Origin: Desulfobacteraceae bacterium
GTDB taxonomy: Bacteria > Desulfobacterota > Desulfobacteria > Desulfobacterales > JAABSP01
Assembly (NCBI GenBank): GCA_011390065.1
Contig: JAABTD010000007.1
Span: 1 to 63,718, forward strand
DNA length: 63,718 nucleotides
Direction of reading: 5' to 3'
Below are positions 16,889 through 25,100 of the stretch, piece by piece. The notes below the pieces were generated by a model. That model did no database searches and was not told the DNA's origin. It saw nothing but the letters and a program-made list of their open reading frames with translations. The position numbers and the translations under genes were made by a program. Positions within the stretch are counted from its first letter, which is position 1. Every line of letters begins with the position of its first letter.

Positions 16889-18349
16889 ATGCAGGACCTG
16901 CGACTTTTACAACGCGTCAAACAGACCATCATGAGCCACGGCATGCTGACGCCCGGAGACGCGGTGCTATCCTGCGTTTCCGGCGGGCCCGATTCCGTTG
17001 CATTGCTCCATCTGTTGTTCGCCATCGCCCCGGAACTGCGACTCCGGCTTGGCGTGATTCATCTCAACCATGGACTTCGGGGCGCTGCTTCCGATTCGGA
17101 TGCCGATTTTACGCGTTCCATCGCCGACAACCTGCACCTGCCTTTTTTTGAAAGAAAAACGGATGTCTCCGCCTTCGGTAAGAGTCGCAGGCTCTCTCTG
17201 GAAGAGGCGGCCCGGCAGATGCGCTATGCCTATTTCACAGAGATCGCAGATGCATATCGGTACGACAAGATCGCTTTGGGACATCATTCCGATGATAACG
17301 CGGAACTCATTCTGATGAATCTCATCAGGGGATCCGGTCCCCAGGGCCTCGCCGGCATTCCTCCCGTGCGGGAGCATCGATTCATTCGCCCGCTGATCGA
17401 CACCACCAGGGATCAGATTAAAAATTTCCTGGACGACAACGGGATCCCGTACGTTATCGATGCCTCCAATCAGGATTTTCGCCATCGCCGGAATCGAATC
17501 CGACACCAGTTGATCCCTCTGCTCCAGGATCTTTATAATCCAGACATATCGGGGACGCTTTCTCGCTTCGCCGCCATCATGCGGGATGAAAACGACTGGA
17601 TTGACCGGTTGTCGGCATCAACCTTCCGGGAATGCCTCTTGACTGAAGAGGACGACCGTCTCATTTTCTCCTCTACCCGGCTGAGAAGGCTGGAGCGTCC
17701 TCTGGCCAGGCGCATCCTTCGCAAGGGCATCTTCCGCCTTAAGGGGAACCTAAAGCGAATTCGCTTTTCTCATATTGAAGCCATCCTTGATGTGATCGGG
17801 GAGGCGTCGGACGGCCCTTGCGCTGAAAAACAGCTGCATCTGCCCGACCGCATTCAAATTGAAAAAAGCGCCGACCGACTCACCATAAAACGGGTGGATA
17901 TGCCCCTTCGATACGGGCCCCATCCAGGAACGAACTCAATCGCCTTCAAACATTTGGTTCCACGTCCCGGTGCAGCAACGGAAATCGAAATCCCTGAAAT
18001 CGGGGCGCGAATGCGTTTTATCCTTCTGACCGAAACGGCTTTGCCGGATGACTTTTCATCCCCTGCGACGGCCTGCTTCGACCTGGATGCGCTTGTGTTC
18101 CCCCTCGCAATACGCTCTCCGCGCCCGGGAGATCGCTTCAGGCCATTGGGGATGAAAGGCTCTCAAAAACTCAAGGATTTTTTTATCAACCAAAAAATCC
18201 TCAGGGACGAACGGGTTCGATGCCCCCTTCTGGTCTCTGATGGAAAAATCCTGTGGATCGCCGGATATCGCACCTCGGAATTCGCCAAAGTTTCGGAAGC
18301 CAGCCAAAAGCTCTTGAAGGTTGAATTTTTCTTGCCTAATTCTCCTTGA
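16889..18349 (+). CDS. tilS: tRNA(Ile)-lysidine synthetase
   Basis: VSGGPDSVALL PP-loop, HLNHGLR, EEAARQMRY, GHHSDDNAE, RPL and RNRIR motifs; C-terminal GDRF...KLKDFFI domain. Confidence 0.96.
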   Translation: MQDLRLLQRVKQTIMSHGMLTPGDAVLSCVSGGPDSVALLHLLFAIAPELRLRLGVIHLNHGLRGAASDSDADFTRSIADNLHLPFFERKTDVSAFGKSRRLSLEEAARQMRYAYFTEIADAYRYDKIALGHHSDDNAELILMNLIRGSGPQGLAGIPPVREHRFIRPLIDTTRDQIKNFLDDNGIPYVIDASNQDFRHRRNRIRHQLIPLLQDLYNPDISGTLSRFAAIMRDENDWIDRLSASTFRECLLTEEDDRLIFSSTRLRRLERPLARRILRKGIFRLKGNLKRIRFSHIEAILDVIGEASDGPCAEKQLHLPDRIQIEKSADRLTIKRVDMPLRYGPHPGTNSIAFKHLVPRPGAATEIEIPEIGARMRFILLTETALPDDFSSPATACFDLDALVFPLAIRSPRPGDRFRPLGMKGSQKLKDFFINQKILRDERVRCPLLVSDGKILWIAGYRTSEFAKVSEASQKLLKVEFFLPNSP

Positions 18350-18398
18350 TGGTTAATATTATATTGTTTAATCAACTTTTGTCAGGAGGTAATCGCCC

Positions 18399-20294
18399 TT
18401 GAACCCGTTTTACAAAAATCTGGCTCTATGGCTGGTCATCACGCTCATGATGATCATGCTCTACAACCTTTTCAATCAACAACATACGACTGAGACCAAC
18501 GTCAGTTACACCGAATTCCTGTCAATGGTGGAAAACGGCAGTGTTTCGGAAGTGATCATCCAGGATCAGGAACTGCTCGTGACCGATGCCCAGGGCAATC
18601 GCTTCAAGCTTTATGCGCCGGAGGATGCGGATCTGGTTCGGACGCTTCGGGACAGGGGCGTGGCCATCCAAGCCAAGCCGCCGGCCGAATCGCCATGGTT
18701 CATCTCCGTTCTGGTATCCTGGTTTCCCATGATCGTGCTCATCGGAGTGTGGATTTTTTTCATGCGTCAAATGCAGTCAGGCGGGGGCAAAGCCATGTCT
18801 TTCGGCAAAAGCCGGGCGCGATTGCTTTCAGACCAGGCGGAAAAGGTCACTTTCGAAGATGTAGCCGGCGTGGATGAGGCCAAAGAGGAGCTGTCGGAAA
18901 TCGTTGATTTTTTAAAAGATCCTAAAAAGTTTACCCGTTTGGGTGGTCGCATTCCGAAGGGAGTGCTGCTCATGGGGCCTCCAGGTACCGGCAAAACGCT
19001 CCTGGGGCGGGCCATCGCAGGGGAGGCCGGCGTTCCCTTCTTCAGCATCAGCGGCTCCGACTTCGTCGAAATGTTCGTAGGCGTGGGCGCTTCACGGGTC
19101 AGAGACCTCTTCGTTCAGGGAAAAAAGAATGCGCCGTGCATCATCTTTGTGGATGAAATCGATGCGGTCGGCCGCCATCGCGGCGCCGGTCTCGGTGGGG
19201 GCCACGACGAGCGGGAGCAAACCCTGAATCAGCTCCTGGTGGAAATGGATGGTTTTGAATCCAACGAAGGCGTCATCCTCATCTCGGCCACCAACCGGCC
19301 GGACGTCCTCGATCCCGCGCTGATGCGTCCCGGCCGGTTCGACCGTCAGGTGGTGGTGTCGCTGCCGGATATCCGGGGCCGGGAAAAAATCCTCCAGGTT
19401 CATATGCGGAAAACCTCCATTGCCTCGGATGTCTCTACAACTGTGCTGGCCAAAGGCACCCCTGGGTTTTCGGGAGCGGATCTGGAAAACCTCGTCAATG
19501 AAGCGGCCTTGCTGGCGGCGAAGCGCAACAAAGAACAAATCGACATGGTCGATTTCGAAGACGCCAAAGATAAGGTCTATTTAGGGCTTGAGCGCAAATC
19601 CAAGGTGATCTCAGAGGAAGACAAGCGGACCACGGCCTATCATGAAGGCGGACACGCCCTGGTTGCCCGCTTTTTGCCTGAAACAGACGCCGTCAACAAG
19701 ATCACCATCATTCCCCGCGGCCGCGCTGCCGGCGTCACCTGGTTTCTACCCGAAGAGCGGGATTTTAAATTCAAGGATCAACTGGAAAGCGAACTCTCCG
19801 TCGCTTTCGGAGGACGCGTTGCCGAAGAACTCGTGTTCAATCGCATCAGCACCGGCGCCGCCAACGACATCAAACAAGCTACGGAAATGGCGCAGAAAAT
19901 GATTCGTTCCTGGGGGATGAGCGAAACGCTCGGACCGCTGTCCTACGCCAAAGGTGAGGAGCAGATCTTTCTAGGCAGAGAAATCGCTCACAACCGCGAT
20001 TATTCCGAAGATACGGCTCGAAAAATCGATGAAGAGATCAGCAATCTCGTCAACAGGTCCTATGCCAAGTCGAAAAATGTTCTGGAAGAGAACATGGATA
20101 TCCTCCATCGACTGGCCGATCTCCTGCTGGAAAAAGAGACCGTCCTGGGCGAAGAACTCGACGATCTTATTTTCTCCCTGCGGCCCGGCATCCAGTTGCC
20201 CTCTACCAGGAAGCATCCTGCGGGGAGAGCAGCGCCCAAGGGCCAGCCGAAGCCCGAAGCCGAAACTTCGCAAACCGAATCAACTACGGAATGA
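18399..20294 (+). CDS. ftsH: ATP-dependent zinc metalloprotease FtsH
   Basis: Two TM helices, GPPGTGKT Walker A, SRH ([13 protein letters not shown]), HEGGH zinc motif; TTG start after AGGAGG. Confidence 0.99.
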   Translation: MNPFYKNLALWLVITLMMIMLYNLFNQQHTTETNVSYTEFLSMVENGSVSEVIIQDQELLVTDAQGNRFKLYAPEDADLVRTLRDRGVAIQAKPPAESPWFISVLVSWFPMIVLIGVWIFFMRQMQSGGGKAMSFGKSRARLLSDQAEKVTFEDVAGVDEAKEELSEIVDFLKDPKKFTRLGGRIPKGVLLMGPPGTGKTLLGRAIAGEAGVPFFSISGSDFVEMFVGVGASRVRDLFVQGKKNAPCIIFVDEIDAVGRHRGAGLGGGHDEREQTLNQLLVEMDGFESNEGVILISATNRPDVLDPALMRPGRFDRQVVVSLPDIRGREKILQVHMRKTSIASDVSTTVLAKGTPGFSGADLENLVNEAALLAAKRNKEQIDMVDFEDAKDKVYLGLERKSKVISEEDKRTTAYHEGGHALVARFLPETDAVNKITIIPRGRAAGVTWFLPEERDFKFKDQLESELSVAFGGRVAEELVFNRISTGAANDIKQATEMAQKMIRSWGMSETLGPLSYAKGEEQIFLGREIAHNRDYSEDTARKIDEEISNLVNRSYAKSKNVLEENMDILHRLADLLLEKETVLGEELDDLIFSLRPGIQLPSTRKHPAGRAAPKGQPKPEAETSQTESTTE

Positions 20295-21175
20295 AGCCCT
20301 ATACCATCTCGTGGAAAAATCATCGGCTGGAACTGGGTCCACAGACCTGCATTATGGGCGTGCTCAATGTTACGCCGGATTCTTTTTCCGATGGCGGCCG
20401 ATTTTTTGATGCCGATGCGGCGGTGGCCCAAGCCTTGAAAATGGCGGCGGACGGGGCCGGCATCATCGATATCGGTGGAGAATCGACCCGTCCTTTTTCC
20501 GACAGCGTCCCTGCGGAGGTCGAAATGGCGCGGATCATACCCGTCATCCGGGAGATCGCACCGCAGATCTCCATACCGATTTCCATTGACACCACCAAAT
20601 CAGAGGTCGCTGAAAAAGCGCTGAAAAACGGCGCCGCCATCATCAACGACGTCAGCGCCCTCCGGATGGACCCCGAGATGGGCGCTGTGGCCGCCAGACA
20701 CGGTGTCCCGATCATTGTGATGCACATGAAGGGGACGCCGAAAACCATGCAGGCAGCGCCGGTATACGATGACCTGCTGGGGGAGATCAGGGACTTTTTA
20801 GGAGAGGCGATCCAGAGGGCGCTGGACAGCGGGGTGGAGAGGGAAAAGATTATCGTCGATCCCGGCATCGGCTTTGGTAAAACCATGGATCACAACCTGT
20901 CCATCCTTGCCAATCTGCATACTTTTGAATCGCTGGACGCGCCTCTTTTAATCGGCACTTCCAGAAAGGCGTTTATCCGGAAACTTCTGAGACGGACAGA
21001 TGAACCGGAACTATCCACCGATCAGCCGGAAGTCGAAACCGGCACTCAAGCGAGCGTGGCGGCCGCCATACTCGGCGGGGCGCACATCGTCCGCGTACAT
21101 AACACCGCTAACGCACGTTCAACCGCCCGGATCATCGATACGATTCGTTCCCTTCAAAACGAAAACCCGACATAG
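20291..21175 (+). CDS. folP: Dihydropteroate synthase
   Basis: MGVLNVTPDSFSDGG, IDIGGESTRP, DPGIGFGK and GTSRK motifs; ATGA overlap with ftsH. Confidence 0.97.
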   Translation: MKPYTISWKNHRLELGPQTCIMGVLNVTPDSFSDGGRFFDADAAVAQALKMAADGAGIIDIGGESTRPFSDSVPAEVEMARIIPVIREIAPQISIPISIDTTKSEVAEKALKNGAAIINDVSALRMDPEMGAVAARHGVPIIVMHMKGTPKTMQAAPVYDDLLGEIRDFLGEAIQRALDSGVEREKIIVDPGIGFGKTMDHNLSILANLHTFESLDAPLLIGTSRKAFIRKLLRRTDEPELSTDQPEVETGTQASVAAAILGGAHIVRVHNTANARSTARIIDTIRSLQNENPT

Positions 21176-21184
21176 GAATTTTAC

Positions 21185-21961
21185 ATGCATAATTTCAGGT
21201 TAATGCCAACCCGCTGGATTCTGGTGATGCTGATTTTTGTTCTCTTCCCCGCATGTGCCAACAATCAGAAATCGCAAGTGCGACGCCAACAGGCGGAGGC
21301 ATCCAGGAATCTGGGGGAGGCGTATCTGGCGCAGGGCAATTTTACGCTTGCATTGAGGGAACTCCTGAAATCCGAAAGCCAGAATCCCGATGACCCGTTT
21401 GTGCATAACAACCTGGGCCTAGCCTATATGGGCAAGGGAAAACTGGATGCCGCCATCGGCCATTTCCAGAAAGCGCTGGCTATTAATCCAGGCTATGCCC
21501 CCGCGCGAAACAACCTGGGTACGGCCTATCTCGCAAAAAAGGACTGGGATGCCGCCATTGCGACATTCAAGGAAGTCGCCGAGGATCTCCTGTACGCAAC
21601 ACCGCACTTTCCGCTGTCGAACCTCGGCTGGGCGTATTACAATAAGGGAAATTATGAACTCGCTGAAAAATATTATCTGGAAGCGCTCGATATAGAGAAA
21701 AATTTCCCAATCGCTCAGAGGGGTCTGGCCCGCACTTATATGGCCATGGGCAAATTGTCCGATGCCGTTAATGTCCTTGAAAAAGCGATCGACAATGCCC
21801 CCAGAATGGCGGAACTGCATTTGGAACTGGGCATGGCTTATGCTGCGCTGAATCAGAAGGAAAAAGCCCTGGATGCGTTTAACAAGGCGATCGCGTTGAA
21901 TCCGGAGGGTGAGATTGCGCAGGAGGCGCAGCGCGTGCGGTTGGAGATGTTGAGCAATTAA
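21185..21961 (+). CDS. TPR lipoprotein, PilF/PilW/Tgl-like secretin pilotin
   Basis: Lipobox FPA-C, LGEAYL first TPR, ARNNLGT, Y.TPHFPLSNLGWAY; about 6 TPRs; adjacent to the pilQ operon. Confidence 0.75.
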   Translation: MHNFRLMPTRWILVMLIFVLFPACANNQKSQVRRQQAEASRNLGEAYLAQGNFTLALRELLKSESQNPDDPFVHNNLGLAYMGKGKLDAAIGHFQKALAINPGYAPARNNLGTAYLAKKDWDAAIATFKEVAEDLLYATPHFPLSNLGWAYYNKGNYELAEKYYLEALDIEKNFPIAQRGLARTYMAMGKLSDAVNVLEKAIDNAPRMAELHLELGMAYAALNQKEKALDAFNKAIALNPEGEIAQEAQRVRLEMLSN

Positions 21962-22042
21962 TCAGTTTTCAGCAAATGATTCAGTTGCCCACCTATCTTT
22001 CCCTTCTTCACTTAATTCTCGAACAATCAATGTCCATCAAAA

Positions 22043-22079
22043 GCCGTGCCGCTTGGAATTAAATTCCAAGCGGCACGGC
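22043..22079. terminator. 17-bp perfect inverted repeat, probable terminator for the pil operon
   Basis: GCCGTGCCGCTTGGAAT-TAA-ATTCCAAGCGGCACGGC, followed by TTTT on the minus strand; lies between convergent genes. Confidence 0.7.
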
Positions 22080-22176
22080 GCATACTTATCTGAATCAGGG
22101 CTTTCGGTGATGCACTGCGATGCATGAACATGCTGAAATCGTCCAACCTTGCTGTGCCTGCTCCGTCGTCAGCTCA

Positions 22177-25100
22177 TCAAAAAGACCAAAAATCGCTCCG
22201 GATAATCGGGAGTTGAATCGTTATTTGTTGCAATGAACCCGAGCAGCCGGGCGCCGTTATCTCCCCTGTAGGACAATCCGGATCGAATTCAAATACAAGC
22301 CCTCCATCCGTATCGGCATTATAGATATATCGAATGACAAATGGGTTTCTGGTCCGTTCGTCTGTAGTGTCCCGCCATGTGCCGGGATAGATCAGGCTGT
22401 CAGGATAGATTATGCTGTAGACATTCCTCTGCTGGCTTGTCTCAACGGTGAAAGAAGAACCGCCTATGGGCGGGTTGCCGTATTCATCCTGGACAAACGC
22501 TTCAAAAATCAATTCGTTCTCATCTTCGACTGCAACCGGCAAAGGATCGCCTGTTTCCCAAATATTGTCACCCGCCTTGCTGTTAATGGCAACCAGCTCG
22601 AAGCTCATGCTGGCAGCGCCGGAAAACAGAACAAATGTCCTCGCCATGATGGTATTGTTCATCCCGCTCCTGCTCGCCGTCCAATCCGGAAGCGATTCAT
22701 TGGACAGGCCGGAATCAGCTTTATGAAAACTGATGCCTTCCCCGCCTATGAACAGGCTTTTGGTCTCCCCGAACGGGCCTTGGGCCAGGGACATGGCATG
22801 TTGCGCGAAAAGCGTTGCGTCATCGGGAGGATCGAATTGCGGGAGCCCTTCACTTGCTTCCAACCACAGTCCTCCCTCTTTCATGAAGCCGGATCTGTCA
22901 GATTTCAAATCATGGTAGTACAGATTGCCCACGGGGTGGAACCCCTCCGGCTCGAAATAGGTAGTGGCGTATAATCGATTGTTTGTCTCATCTAAAAGAA
23001 GTTGTTTGATATTCAATCCGGGATTGCGGATGGTGGTAAAAGTGAATTTGTCGCCCGGTTCGAAGGGGATGTTCCCTTCGACTATTGTAAATGCAAGGTC
23101 TACTGATGCCACTTCATAGCGCTGCCCCTCCATCGCGTGGTCGGGTTGGTCAGGCTGATCCGGGTCAGGAATAACTCCCGTATCACTGCCCGTTATGGTA
23201 AAGCCTCCCGCTGTTTGTTCGCATTCACCTTCCGGACATGCGCCTTGTTCGCAATCTCTCCCATCTGAATTTTCAACACATACCGCATATTCTTCATATT
23301 CAAGCGTCCAGTTCTCCGACAGCGTTTTTTTCCCGACGGTCACATCGGTTACTCTTCCGGTCCCTTGGTTTCGGATATCGCCTGCCGGAATAGTCGCCAT
23401 CAGGCCTTCTCCCAAACCTTCTGTATAATATTTCCAGCTTTTGCCGCTATCCGTGGAGACCCAGACGCCTGCATCCTCGGTTCCTGCATACAAAATATCA
23501 CTGACCCCCCCGTCGGCGCTGGAGTGCAACGCCAAGCTGTTGACGTGATCGCCGGGAAATGAGTTGGGCGCCCCGTCGGTGGAATCAGTTGTTTTGTAAA
23601 ACCATTGTCGTCCGCCTCCACTGCCGGCGTCTTTTGGATAGCTTTTGTATATGCCGCTGCTTGTCGCCGCATATAAAATCGCATCGGCGCCATGGGTATC
23701 GACGATCCTGACGATATCGTTGATATTGCGCCCCTTGCCCAACACTTCGGCTCGTTTAAAAATGACGCCGTCTTCGGAATATAAAATACCGTCGTTTTCA
23801 GTGCCAGCCCATACCCATGGGTACTCTCTGTAAGGCACAGCGTCGTCGTCGTAGTCACAAAGAACCGTTGACACCGCCGAACTGATACTGTTCAAATCGC
23901 TTAAGGGATAGGATTTCAACCCTATCCACTCTTCCGCACTGCCGCTGTTCCAAGTCAAACCGCCGTCAAGGCTCCGATAGATGTTCCCCTGCCCCAGAAA
24001 ACCGGTTGCCGCGTAAACGATGTTGGTTTCATCACGGTCAATGGAGATATCATTAACATAGGGGTAAATCCAATTCTGTCCCGGGTGGCTTGACGACCGG
24101 CTCCTATTTTCCCAGGTTTTACCCGAATCCAAAGATTTGTAAACCCCTCCGCCATCGGTTCCTGCAAAAAGTATATATCGATCCCTGGCTGCGAAATCGA
24201 CCGGCGCCAGATCGAGACTGGTGATATGGGTGGTCCTGCCGCCGACTGCTTCAGCGGTAATCGAGACGCCGCCTTCCAGCGGCCGGGGAGTAGGCGTCGA
24301 AAACAACGTGCTGTTTGAAAAACCGCCGGCAGTATTTGTATTTTGCTCGCCTTCCTCAATAAGACCGCCGGTATTATAGGTTTTAAATGATATAGCAGTC
24401 CCGTCGGGCACCGCATTGCCATAATAATCCCCTGCATTGGCAATCAACAGATTCTCCAAACCGGTGTATGAAAGACCCGAAATATTGTTGTATTGCGCAC
24501 TGATCCCAAATTCCTCGCCGACCGGAGGGCCTGCCTTTATAACAATCTGACTCACCACGGTGCTGACATTGCTATTATGGAAGTAAGTCGCTTTTACACT
24601 GACGGGTCCGGATTCGTAACCACTGCGCAAGACGGTGCCGACCCTCCCCTCGCCTTCGGTAAGGTCGAATATCGGCGTGAGGAGTTCCCCCCCGCCAGGT
24701 CCTGTGAGAATCTCAAAATCAATCCGATACCCATCTTGCACGGGATTGCCTGCATTGTCTTTTACTTCAAAAAAGAGTTGGACCGTTTCCTGGCCGCCGG
24801 TCCCTCTCACGCTGATTTCAGTCTGATCGGGCGGCGCCACGTTGATGGATGCGGGCGGGGGGTTAATGGTGATGGTTCCGGTTTCCGTCACTTCTACATT
24901 GTCTGTTACCCAGGTGGCCGTGATGGTGATCTCCCCTCCTTCATTTGGGGCTATATACCACGCGCTCACCCTGCCGGCATCGTCGCTGAGCCCATCGTTT
25001 TGAAGCTCTATCGTTCCGGTCCTGGACATGCCGGCCGAGGATTGGAGGGAAAATGTCACTTCCTCGCCGATCGCGGGGTCTCCGTTGGCCAGTTCAAGAG

